Positions 53,270-63,204 of a DNA stretch of 64,000 nt are shown piece after piece (position 1 is the first letter of the stretch; each line of letters begins with the position of its first letter). The notes below the pieces were generated by a model. It made no database searches. It was not told where the DNA came from and saw only the letters and a list, made by a program, of their open reading frames with translations. Source of the DNA: a virus; IMG/VR virus record IMGVR_UViG_3300036668_000183, positions 3,511-67,510 of that record; one strand, written 5' to 3'. The translations under genes and the position numbers were made by a program.

Positions 53270-56200
53270 ATGCATACAAAAATTGGGTTTGATAAGTTTC
53301 CAGTACCTTCTATTATTACGGAAGTTCAACTGTCTGATATTGTCACGGGTGAAAAGCTCGTGGATCAGGCAGGACTTCCGCTCGTCACAGACGCAGAAAG
53401 AGTAATTTCTGAAATTGCTACTTCTAAGCATGCAACGTCCGTAGTTACTGATCCTAATACAATAGAACCAATTAAAGTTGTTGAACAATTCCCAGAGACA
53501 TCTGAGACTGCAACGACTCTATTGGGTATAAGCAGAGCAGAGACTCAGTTGAGTCTGTTTTCTGATGTATCTGTTCTTGGCTTTGATGAGTCGTCATGGG
53601 AGACATACAATTATGGATCTGGTGCTGCTTCATATGGTCCATGGGAATCTAGAACTGCTGTAGGATTTGGGCAACACTATGGCGCTCAGATGATAGAAGA
53701 AACTGGAGAGCAAGCAATTAAGTTAGGCGCATTTCCTGTACCTTATTCATATCCATTCGGTCCAGGGTGGGAAGACCTTGGTCTATATAATGAATTACTA
53801 TATCAACAATTTAAAAACTTTATTGATTTAGGTAACATACTATATGAAGAACTTCCTGGCTTGTCGCAATACTTTTTAGATGGATCAAAGGTATTCATTG
53901 GAAGCGATGAAGAAATTGAATTTGTTGGTGTAACAGAAGCCGAAGGATTCACACTAATTGATACATGGACAAGAACATGGGTAGACATTCGTTCCAATAT
54001 ATTTTCTGACCCTACTAACCCAGGCACAATTATTACTCCATCAATCATTAATGGACTGACGGGTAGCAACCCTTCATTTGACGAAACCCGACCTGGCTAT
54101 TCCTCTAGCACTAGACGACTTTCGTTAATGCAATCTCGCAAGACATATCGTTATCAGCCAGGGCGTATATCAGGGTTTACCTTTGGTGCCAGAATATCCT
54201 CGGACTCAGGCTCTGCGGCAAACGTAATCGAATGGGGTATAGCAAACCCAACGGATCAGTATGTCTTTCAGGTTCGTGGTGCAAATTTTTCAATTGTTCG
54301 TAGATCTACCGTTCCACTTGATCCTGATGTTATTAGAGCAAATGGTCTTGAGCCATCGGATCAAAGATTTGAATCATCAGGTGACCCATTTAATCCACAG
54401 AATTATTATACACTAGTCATACCTCGTGATAACTTTAATGGTGATAAACTTAATGGTAATGGTCGTTCGGGTTATTTATTGACAACACCTAATGTAACGA
54501 TGTACAAGATTGAGTTTGGCTGGTATGGAGCAATTGGCGCAAAGTTCTATGTGTATATTCCTGTAGATAATGGCGAGGCTCGTTGGGTTCTGATTCATAC
54601 GCTGGTCATAGAAAATAAATTAGGACAACCTTGTCTAGAGGATCCTTACTTTAGATTTAAATATCAAATTGATATTCGTGAAAACGCTACTCTCCGTACA
54701 CCGCAGTACATATACAAATATGGTGCATCATGCTATATTGATGGCGGGGATGAAGGAGCATTGACTCAGAATTCATTTGAGTCTGGACTGAAAGATATTA
54801 ACTCGACTATCAGCAAACCATTAATAGGTCTGACATCAAAGACAACATTATTAAATTCTGATGGTATAGCAAAAGAAAATAAAAAAATTATATTTCCAAA
54901 GACAATATCTGCTACGGCATCTGAGTTGACACGAGTTGATGTGGTTACCTGTAAGGCATGCCCTGGGTTTGGTCATGTATACAATCATGGTCTCATTGGC
55001 GGAACGATTGGTCGTACATTTAACATAACATTAAATACCTCGGCACTTAATACGTTTTCTATAGTCCCTGCTAATCCCTTAGATGTTCAACCATCAGAGT
55101 TGTTTACGGTTGCAGATATTGGTTCAAAGATAATTGCAGATGGATTGTATGGTGGTTATATCAAGTCACTTGATTTAGAGACATCTCCAGGGTCTGGTCT
55201 GTTTGAAGAAGCAGTCATAGAAAGAATCGCAACAAGTGGGTTCACAAAAGTTGCTGGCGGATTCCCTTCTACTGTATTTTCATATACCGCAGGTGAGGTT
55301 ATAACCATACCGTTTGGTACAGGAACTCAATACCCATATCAGGTTAGGTTGACTAATTATGATGCTATTGCTGCTTCGATCACTCCGCTGACTGGTTCCA
55401 AGATAGAAATACAATTTTTAAACCCAAGTTTACGTGAATCGTTTGCGCATTTCGCAGAATTCTTGCTAGGTGTAACCGACAAGGTGCCAGTTGAAGTTTT
55501 AGACTCAGGTGGCGATCCAGATATAAATTGGAAATATTCAGAATCAGATACACGAACAGCATTACCGCTCTCTGACATTTTATTTGGTGAGCATATACCT
55601 TTTAATACAAGTCGTACTCGCAAGGGTATTGAAAGTGGTGAAGGCGCTAATGGATTATTTTCTGTTGGCGAAATTGATTATCGTATTCCTGCAATTACTG
55701 GTATATTGCCAGGTGTATGTTCTACGCTTACAGTTGAGCAAATAGATAAAATACAATTAAATGGCAAATTAGAATTAGGGAATCCTAAGACTGGCGAACC
55801 TGATGGCAATTATTATATTGTCCTTGAGCCAAACGAGTCATTTCAATCAGATGCACTAATAAGTGGCGAAGTCGGATTGTATAACGGTACTGCTTTTGTT
55901 AGTACGGGCATTACGTTTACATCGGAACAGGATTCATATGATGTCGAAGAAGATACAATTTATTATGCTCAGATAAGTGGTCAACTCCCAGGCAAAAGTG
56001 ATGGAGATGATATACAGATCGCATTGTCATCGTTGCGCATATTCGGGGCAAATGTCAATAAATCAAAGGTCATGAAGTTCAACCCATATCCATTGTACCT
56101 TGTTTGCTTTTTGCGAGATAAGTCTGCAGTCAATTCAATTTCAGTCAAAGAAATAATTGGCGACATGGCTATTGCATCATCGCCACAATGGCTCCTAAAT

Positions 56201-56521
56201 AATAATATAGATAAATCACCACTTGTAAGTAGCCCAGCAGAAGACGATTTTCCTCCAGTTAATTTTGTTTCAAAGAATAGATTATCTGCTGTAGCAGTTG
56301 ATGTAGAAGTTGGCCAGCAGTTAAGACCCTACAGCGTGGTGGATTCATTTTATGTCGGTGCAGGAGAAACAAAAATAATTGATATGTCAAATATATATGG
56401 TTCAGATCGTGAATCTATTACACCTGACTTATTTAACAGAGAAGCAACCTTTGTTGTTGGCAAGACGATGGCAGTTTCTTCTGGTACTATACAAATAAGT
56501 ATTAATACATCGGAACAATAA
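53270..56521 (+). CDS. large virion structural protein (paralog of 50312..53263)
   Basis: RYQPGR, KIEFGWYGA, GEARWV, KYGASCYIDGGD. Confidence 0.7.
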   Translation: MHTKIGFDKFPVPSIITEVQLSDIVTGEKLVDQAGLPLVTDAERVISEIATSKHATSVVTDPNTIEPIKVVEQFPETSETATTLLGISRAETQLSLFSDVSVLGFDESSWETYNYGSGAASYGPWESRTAVGFGQHYGAQMIEETGEQAIKLGAFPVPYSYPFGPGWEDLGLYNELLYQQFKNFIDLGNILYEELPGLSQYFLDGSKVFIGSDEEIEFVGVTEAEGFTLIDTWTRTWVDIRSNIFSDPTNPGTIITPSIINGLTGSNPSFDETRPGYSSSTRRLSLMQSRKTYRYQPGRISGFTFGARISSDSGSAANVIEWGIANPTDQYVFQVRGANFSIVRRSTVPLDPDVIRANGLEPSDQRFESSGDPFNPQNYYTLVIPRDNFNGDKLNGNGRSGYLLTTPNVTMYKIEFGWYGAIGAKFYVYIPVDNGEARWVLIHTLVIENKLGQPCLEDPYFRFKYQIDIRENATLRTPQYIYKYGASCYIDGGDEGALTQNSFESGLKDINSTISKPLIGLTSKTTLLNSDGIAKENKKIIFPKTISATASELTRVDVVTCKACPGFGHVYNHGLIGGTIGRTFNITLNTSALNTFSIVPANPLDVQPSELFTVADIGSKIIADGLYGGYIKSLDLETSPGSGLFEEAVIERIATSGFTKVAGGFPSTVFSYTAGEVITIPFGTGTQYPYQVRLTNYDAIAASITPLTGSKIEIQFLNPSLRESFAHFAEFLLGVTDKVPVEVLDSGGDPDINWKYSESDTRTALPLSDILFGEHIPFNTSRTRKGIESGEGANGLFSVGEIDYRIPAITGILPGVCSTLTVEQIDKIQLNGKLELGNPKTGEPDGNYYIVLEPNESFQSDALISGEVGLYNGTAFVSTGITFTSEQDSYDVEEDTIYYAQISGQLPGKSDGDDIQIALSSLRIFGANVNKSKVMKFNPYPLYLVCFLRDKSAVNSISVKEIIGDMAIASSPQWLLNNNIDKSPLVSSPAEDDFPPVNFVSKNRLSAVAVDVEVGQQLRPYSVVDSFYVGAGETKIIDMSNIYGSDRESITPDLFNREATFVVGKTMAVSSGTIQISINTSEQ

Positions 56522-56530
56522 GATAAAACT

Positions 56531-59038
56531 ATGGCATTTGAAACAAACGTATATTACGGATACAAGGCATCTAATAATCTTTCTGATGTTATCGATGGAG
56601 AAGATGCTCTATTTAAAATAGGGTTGAATATTGGCGACCTTAATATCATACGTGGAGTTGCAGGTGAGTTAGGTGCAACACGTGATGATCTGGTTACACT
56701 GTCTAATTTGACTTCGCCAATTTATAGAACTTTGGATAGATTTTTATCGGAAAGTTCACAGTATGCAGGTATATTATCTAGGGCAGGTGGAACAGACAAT
56801 TCACTTCAGGGTAATCTAGAGGTCAATGGACCAATTGGTGCCTCGGCCATTCGATATAATTATGTTAATACAGATACTGACCAGATTGCCTTTGCAGATA
56901 TTTCTACATCTCGTGTATCGGCATGGTCGTCTATTAGTCCAGCAGGATCTTCTCCTTCTGAATCTGATCCGATCTTCTATGGTTCAGAAGTCAAGATATA
57001 CGATGGTGGTACTGTTACAACAGACAAGATTCAGTGGGGAGAAAATGCAGTCCCTAAATTATATACTGCAGAAGTTCCTACTCATGCAATTACGACTACA
57101 ATCAATGGACAACAGGTTAAGTTATATGCCATGAAGTCCATTCCACTTAAATTTAGTGGTTTTTTTAGAAACTTTGATAGTATTGTAGCAGTTAATCCAA
57201 TAACTGGTATCAACATCAGTTGGCGAATTGTCAATCAGTCAAATGCGTTAGATATTCAATCATATCCGAATCGAGGCACTACATTAAATTATCGTAGTGT
57301 TCAGTCTGCACCTCGTACAATTGAAATATATTATCCTCCAGATAATTTTACATCATTGACTCTGACTGGTGTAAACCTGCGTACTCTTCCGTTAGCTGAA
57401 TTGCCTAATCTTACACAATTAAATATTTCATTTAATGATATACGAACTGTCCCTAATCTGAATATATTTTCGCCTAACCTTTTGACGCTTAACATATTTG
57501 GTAACAATCTTTACTTAGCAGAAAGCGACAACCTAAAGAAACTGAACTTAGATGTGCTAAATCACTTTCCTACAAGTCTTGCATCTATTAATATGTATGG
57601 CACGTTCTTTGGTTCGATTCGCTGGGTCAATGGTTCTGGTATAGAAGTTGCTCCGGCAAGTGTAGGCGCAGTATCTGTATTTAAGTATCGCTTTCCTTCG
57701 CTGATCACGTTTAATGTAGGACGTGGTTCTGGTCCATTTTTTAACCCAGACTTATATGATCCTGTGTGTCATTTACCACAGATGCCAGATACTTGTCAAA
57801 ATTATTATGTAGGAAATAATGACTTTAGAACAGTTCCTGCTACAGGACTAAAAGATTTACCAGAATTAAGAAATATTGATTTGGGTGGTAATAGAAATTT
57901 AAGCGATGCAACATTTTCTATTGCCTCGACTAATATACAGACCGTCAATATCAGTAGTACAAATTTGCCCATGCCAGATTTAAGAAGCAGAACACTCCTA
58001 ACAAGTTATGGTCATACTAGTAATAGCAACTCTAGTCCGTTTCATGTTAGTACATCTTCTGATGTGTCGTACAAGTTTTCTGGTTGTACTGCTCTTACTG
58101 GTATTAGCATAAATGCGTCTGCTGTTAGTGGATTTATACCAAAGTTCAAGAACAATCAATCACTGACTTCATTTGATGCCTATGCTGCGCAATCAATAAC
58201 AGGCGGCAGACCAGATAATGGTGAGCATGGTTATGCAGATGGTACAACTTATGTGTTGTACAAGGATACCTTTAATAACGCCAAGGACATATCATTTTTC
58301 CGAGTATTGTCAAACAGTCTTTTAGTTGGAAAGGGATTTGAACCCGACACGTTTAAAAACCTAAAGAATCTTAGCTATCTCTATTGGTATTCATATGGAA
58401 GAACTGGCGATTCATTAACCGATGTTCCTTTGCCAGATATATCAAGTTGCCCTGCACTGCGTTATTTTATAATGCCAGTAAACAAATTCCGTGGGTCAAT
58501 TCCTACATTTACGTCTAATCAAAGCATTCTCTATATTGATGTATCAAATAATGAACTCTCTGGTGGTGTTCCTTTCTTCAATAACAAGTTAGCATTAAAT
58601 TACTTTTATGCACATAATAATGCATTGACATCGTTTAATGGCTTCATAAACACACCTAACTTGTATCATGTTTATTTGTATAATAATCAGATAACAGGAT
58701 CTATACCTGCGTTGTCGGAAGACTCGACTAATATAGATATACTATATCTCTATAATAATCAATTCACTGATTATGTAAGTGGATCCTTTAAAGGACTCCG
58801 AAGACTGGCATTCCTCGATGTATCGAATAATGACTTATCTGAGTCTAATTTAAATAATATCATTGAAGATCTGTACGAAAATTATATCCTTGCTCCTCGA
58901 AGTAGAGTTAATGTGAATCTTCGTGGTCAATCAAATGCGCCTGGGTATAGTCCTTCTGAAATTGGTACGACTCGTGAACAAGAAATATACGAAAAGATAA
59001 CATTCCTCCGTCAACGTGGTTGGCAAATTTCATGGTAA
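56531..59038 (+). CDS. leucine-rich repeat protein
   Basis: Many LxxLxLxxNxL repeats (LTQLNISFNDI, LYHVYLYNNQITGSIP, LAFLDVSNNDL). Confidence 0.88.
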   Translation: MAFETNVYYGYKASNNLSDVIDGEDALFKIGLNIGDLNIIRGVAGELGATRDDLVTLSNLTSPIYRTLDRFLSESSQYAGILSRAGGTDNSLQGNLEVNGPIGASAIRYNYVNTDTDQIAFADISTSRVSAWSSISPAGSSPSESDPIFYGSEVKIYDGGTVTTDKIQWGENAVPKLYTAEVPTHAITTTINGQQVKLYAMKSIPLKFSGFFRNFDSIVAVNPITGINISWRIVNQSNALDIQSYPNRGTTLNYRSVQSAPRTIEIYYPPDNFTSLTLTGVNLRTLPLAELPNLTQLNISFNDIRTVPNLNIFSPNLLTLNIFGNNLYLAESDNLKKLNLDVLNHFPTSLASINMYGTFFGSIRWVNGSGIEVAPASVGAVSVFKYRFPSLITFNVGRGSGPFFNPDLYDPVCHLPQMPDTCQNYYVGNNDFRTVPATGLKDLPELRNIDLGGNRNLSDATFSIASTNIQTVNISSTNLPMPDLRSRTLLTSYGHTSNSNSSPFHVSTSSDVSYKFSGCTALTGISINASAVSGFIPKFKNNQSLTSFDAYAAQSITGGRPDNGEHGYADGTTYVLYKDTFNNAKDISFFRVLSNSLLVGKGFEPDTFKNLKNLSYLYWYSYGRTGDSLTDVPLPDISSCPALRYFIMPVNKFRGSIPTFTSNQSILYIDVSNNELSGGVPFFNNKLALNYFYAHNNALTSFNGFINTPNLYHVYLYNNQITGSIPALSEDSTNIDILYLYNNQFTDYVSGSFKGLRRLAFLDVSNNDLSESNLNNIIEDLYENYILAPRSRVNVNLRGQSNAPGYSPSEIGTTREQEIYEKITFLRQRGWQISW

Positions 59039-59045
59039 CAAGAAA

Positions 59046-60029
59046 ATGGCATTAAGAAATTTAGGATATGATCAGGCAAGGAATCTTGCGGAATCTGTAG
59101 ATGATCGTCAAGCTCTTAACAATCTTGGTGGTGGTAGTATTGCAGATGATATATTCATATTCAGAAACAATACAAATAACTTTTCTGAGTTGGAATGGAG
59201 ATATGAGACACTTGGATCGTCAATAGTCGGCAACAAGTTTTTATTTCCTACATCACTATTAGCAACATATACAAATAATGATCCTGTATATGTGAGCGGA
59301 ACTTCTTTGGGTAGTCTTAGCCCTGATCAACTGTATTATGTTGTACAATACAATCCTAAGTCTGGCGCAAGATCAAATCAAATATCGTTTGGCCTGTCTC
59401 TTACTGTAGATGGTAGTCTTGTTGCACTAGGTTCTATTACGAGTCATTTAATATTTACACGTAATGACTTTGTTAGTCAGGATAATATTATCAATATTGC
59501 TAGACCGCAATCACGTAATACATTTTTGACTCAAACTAATGCAGAAGTTGACACTACATATGGTGTAAATAATTATAATCAAGGGTTTAGTGCATTAGAA
59601 GAAAACGTTGATAGATTTTCTTTTTTAAGTACACAAAAATATACCAGTAATAAATCACTTGCTACATCAAATATAATTAACACACAGGGATCTATTACTG
59701 CGTCAGATCCGGCAGTTCATAATACTTCTCAAGTAAAGCTGAACGAAGTTAATTCACCTGGTGTATACATAACTGATCCGTTTTCTGATATATTTGAAAT
59801 CAGTAAAACAAGAGCATATTCTAGCGATAATCAACCATGGGTACAAGGTGCAACATCACTGGATACAAAGTCAAGTCAAGTCAACATTGGCGATCTTTAT
59901 TTTGAAAATGATATAAAGTTTGCTTCCATTGATGCATTTAATACAGAATCGGGCGAAGCCTCTAGCTTTACCCACAAGATTCCTATTATCATTGATGGCG
60001 TAGAGTATTTCATTCTGCTTAAACAATAA
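59046..60029 (+). CDS. structural/fibre accessory protein
   Basis: Start ATG 59046; NLAE..D..ALNNLG N-terminus; THKIPI.IDG.EY C-terminus. Confidence 0.65.
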   Translation: MALRNLGYDQARNLAESVDDRQALNNLGGGSIADDIFIFRNNTNNFSELEWRYETLGSSIVGNKFLFPTSLLATYTNNDPVYVSGTSLGSLSPDQLYYVVQYNPKSGARSNQISFGLSLTVDGSLVALGSITSHLIFTRNDFVSQDNIINIARPQSRNTFLTQTNAEVDTTYGVNNYNQGFSALEENVDRFSFLSTQKYTSNKSLATSNIINTQGSITASDPAVHNTSQVKLNEVNSPGVYITDPFSDIFEISKTRAYSSDNQPWVQGATSLDTKSSQVNIGDLYFENDIKFASIDAFNTESGEASSFTHKIPIIIDGVEYFILLKQ

Positions 60030-62259
60030 TCTTTCCAAGTATTTTGAATGTTGCACCAGCACGATCTTTGATTGTAATTGTGCGATCATAGGTATCTGCT
60101 ACAGAGGCAGACACTACAGTAACTGAATCTGCTTTGAGTGACTGAAACTTCAATTCACCTGTTCCTGTTATCGTAGGTTCAATTTTCATAGATGGTCTGC
60201 CTGATGTAGTAATCAGTCCTGTTGATGTTGCTGTAAATGGTGGAGATGTATCAATTGGTGGAAAACAAATTTCTTTTGAGTCTATAGTGCCGCCTGGGGC
60301 AAATATAATCAATTGTCCAGAAGGAATGTCATCTGCTATATTTGCAGAAAGAGTTATAATAAAATCACTGCCTGATGGTACAATGCTAACTACAGTAGTG
60401 CCTGTGGGTATGCGAGTTCCAAACTGAACAACTTGTCCTGCAATCAAATTTGTATCATCTTCAATAGTAAGTGTATTGCTTCCTGCGTTACTTTGTACTG
60501 TTGTTACGTCTGAAAATACATTTGTACAGTAATCGGTCAATGAATTATTATAAAGACCTTTGGCACGATAAAACAGTGCAGTACCGTTGATAGCAGAACC
60601 AGATGATGCAGTGAATGACTTAGAAGTCGTGATACTCGTAGATCCTTTAGTGACGACCACATTATAGAGCGGAGATCCGTTCAGAACGACAACATCACCG
60701 ATTAAAATATTACTGACCGTGTTTGTAGATAGACCACTTATTGTAGTCCCAACATTCGACCATATGGCAGATGATTCAAATGCACCTAGACCACGATGAT
60801 TAACAAAGACCAGAGAAGTAGATGCAGTGGTAGTTGTTGTTTCGCTACTAATGAATATTAATGAATTAATGTTAAAATCTGTAACTTGTGTTCCGGCATT
60901 TATTCCAGTGCCGAATATAAAATTCCCTGGTTCAATCAAGTCTGTTGTATCAGATACTGCAAGAGTTGTTGTACCCGTCAAGAATGCTACCGTTGCAGTA
61001 CGTCTAATTGCACTTGCAAGTGATATAGGCGGTGTATATGTAATATTGAGTTTGTTAAGAGAAACAACTGATTGATAATCGGAATATGCAGACACTCCGC
61101 CTACGACACCACCATATGACGGAATCCGATTATCATAGAATGAATTGAATTCTCCATAATCTACGTCAGATGGTGACGGGTCTATATTATAATCTTCATC
61201 ATATAAAAATTTATAGTTTAAACTTCTATTTGAAGTAGATGGTACTCCAATGCTGAAAATAATAGTCTTTTGAGTTGCAGGCGATATATCTTCGCCATTT
61301 GCGTCATCTAGCCAAAATCTAATTTGTATAGGATATGCTTCGCCAATAATCAAATCACCTAGAACTAAATCTACGTTACTTGCTGTTCCGCTTCCAATAT
61401 TATATGTAAAGTCAAATGTGGTTCCACTAGCAAATCCGGCATCGAGTGGTTCTGATATGGTTATAACCCCTGTCAATAGATTAATTCCAGCGATAGTGAC
61501 TGGATTACTTTCTGGATCACTGAATTGAGATATTGCGTCATTGACAAGAATATCTCCAATCAAGAGATTTTTTACATTAGCAATATTTTGTAGTGTAATA
61601 GTGGTTGCAGATGTAGAAGCAGCATCACATGCAAACGTATGCACTACCTGAGACTTTCTGGCCAATATTGTATCGGCTTCGCCAAATTCAACAGTAAAAT
61701 ATGAATTAGTACTGACTCTTAATACGTGAGGACCAGATTCCGTAGGTTTAAAAAATCCTGTGTAAATTGCTCCACCATAATTGCTCTTAGTTCCTTGAAG
61801 TACATCGACAGAAAGGTTTATATCCCCATTTTCCCAAAAGACTTCTGTTTCTGCTGGAGCACCTGTAAAAATATTGTCTAGGTCTACTGCAACGGAATCG
61901 ACTTGAGTATCAGGATAGTATCTGACAGTCAGTCCATCACCGCCAAATAACTGAGGTACTCCAGTTATATATTTTGATTGGTCAATACGATTTTTCAGTG
62001 TTATGACTGATTTATATACTTCAATGCCACCTTCTGAACTGACGACTCGAATGGCAGATCCTGCAATGTTTGCAAAGTCTGCGCTAGTGACACCCTTTGA
62101 ATCAATGTTCTTGATGACTTCAATGTCCGCAGAAACAAAAGTTTCGCCTTCTTCCTGAACTAACCCATCAAGCAAGTTCTCTAATGATTGTTTTGGGTCT
62201 ACGATGTCAGAGAAGTTTAGGTCTCGACGAAGTCCCTTTTTACTGAAGCTTCTGGTCAT
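60019..62259 (-). CDS. structural protein with PA14-like domain
   Basis: GDGLTVRYY, YTGFFKPT.SG.H.L, YPIQIRFW; beta-rich repeats GTGI.AGT.V / GTRIPTGT.V. Confidence 0.65.
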   Translation of the reverse strand: MTRSFSKKGLRRDLNFSDIVDPKQSLENLLDGLVQEEGETFVSADIEVIKNIDSKGVTSADFANIAGSAIRVVSSEGGIEVYKSVITLKNRIDQSKYITGVPQLFGGDGLTVRYYPDTQVDSVAVDLDNIFTGAPAETEVFWENGDINLSVDVLQGTKSNYGGAIYTGFFKPTESGPHVLRVSTNSYFTVEFGEADTILARKSQVVHTFACDAASTSATTITLQNIANVKNLLIGDILVNDAISQFSDPESNPVTIAGINLLTGVITISEPLDAGFASGTTFDFTYNIGSGTASNVDLVLGDLIIGEAYPIQIRFWLDDANGEDISPATQKTIIFSIGVPSTSNRSLNYKFLYDEDYNIDPSPSDVDYGEFNSFYDNRIPSYGGVVGGVSAYSDYQSVVSLNKLNITYTPPISLASAIRRTATVAFLTGTTTLAVSDTTDLIEPGNFIFGTGINAGTQVTDFNINSLIFISSETTTTTASTSLVFVNHRGLGAFESSAIWSNVGTTISGLSTNTVSNILIGDVVVLNGSPLYNVVVTKGSTSITTSKSFTASSGSAINGTALFYRAKGLYNNSLTDYCTNVFSDVTTVQSNAGSNTLTIEDDTNLIAGQVVQFGTRIPTGTTVVSIVPSGSDFIITLSANIADDIPSGQLIIFAPGGTIDSKEICFPPIDTSPPFTATSTGLITTSGRPSMKIEPTITGTGELKFQSLKADSVTVVSASVADTYDRTITIKDRAGATFKILGKIIV

Positions 62260-62271
62260 AAAGTTTTCTCT

Positions 62272-62331
62272 TATAAATAATGTTAGATTCAGTAGTTATT
62301 TATACTTTTTAAATTGTAAAAAGTATAAATA
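62272..62331. promoter_or_regulatory. divergent cluster of three late promoters
   Basis: TATAAATA on + at 62272 and 62324, on - at 62297-62304. Confidence 0.75.
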
Positions 62332-62365
62332 CTAATATAACAATTAACCGCAGGAATTCACTTCA

Positions 62366-62713
62366 ATGGCGTCATATGCTAATGTTAGCGCAGATCAGGG
62401 TGCGGATTTTCAGACTATCTTAGAGTTAGAAGATGCCAATGGCGACCCTTTAGATTTAACCGAATACAATTTATATGGTCAAATTAGACGTACATACAAA
62501 TCGACAAATGCAGTTGATTTTACTATTGTCAAGTCTAATGCACTTGGGGGCGTTATACGTGTCGAATTAACATCAGAACAAACTGCTAACATGAAAAGTG
62601 GGCGGTATGTGTATGACATATATTCAATGAACACAGAAATAAGTAATAGCAGGATAAAATTATTAGAAGGAATTTTTGAATTAATTCCATCAGTCACAAA
62701 AATTATTGAGTGA
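62366..62713 (+). CDS. conserved T4-like structural protein
   Basis: DQGADF, DLT.Y...QIR, GRYVYDI, LLEG...P.VT. Confidence 0.75.
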   Translation: MASYANVSADQGADFQTILELEDANGDPLDLTEYNLYGQIRRTYKSTNAVDFTIVKSNALGGVIRVELTSEQTANMKSGRYVYDIYSMNTEISNSRIKLLEGIFELIPSVTKIIE

Positions 62714-62716
62714 TAT

Positions 62717-62917
62717 ATGTCGATAAAAGTTAAATTAAGAAGTCAAGATAATCTTATAGTTAAATCAAAGGTTGGTCCGTCATCTATAGATGAATTAAGT
62801 AATATTGATGTGTCAGATTTGCAAGACGGTGCTGTTCTTGTTTATTCTACCAATATAGGTAAATGGAAGTCAACGAAACTATTAGAAAAACAAACCGTTG
62901 ATGGCGGCACATATTAA
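62717..62917 (+). CDS. small hypothetical protein
   Basis: L..IDVS..QDGAVLVY....KW, DGGTY end. Confidence 0.65.
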   Translation: MSIKVKLRSQDNLIVKSKVGPSSIDELSNIDVSDLQDGAVLVYSTNIGKWKSTKLLEKQTVDGGTY

Positions 62918-62986
62918 GTATTATAAATAAACGTATAACAACTCGCTCTATATAGGGCATCACATAAAGAGTTAAGGAATATTCCT

Positions 62987-63190
62987 ATGGCATCTGCAAG
63001 TGTTTTTAAGTTTAGACGGTCTTCTGTTCCAGGCAAAGCACCTACGACAAGTGATATTGAACTAGGTGAACTTGCAATCAATACATATGATGGATATATG
63101 TATTTAAAACAATCTGATGGTACTGGCGACAAAGCCATACGGTTTGTCAGCGACCAAGCATCACAAGACTACGGTCTTATCACAGATTAA
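62987..63190 (+). CDS. stand-alone tail-fibre N-terminal module
   Basis: RSSVPGKAPT...GELAINT.DG..Y; AAGGA RBS; TATAAATA at 62922. Confidence 0.65.
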   Translation: MASASVFKFRRSSVPGKAPTTSDIELGELAINTYDGYMYLKQSDGTGDKAIRFVSDQASQDYGLITD

Positions 63191-63204
63191 ACAGGAAACA
63201 TAAA

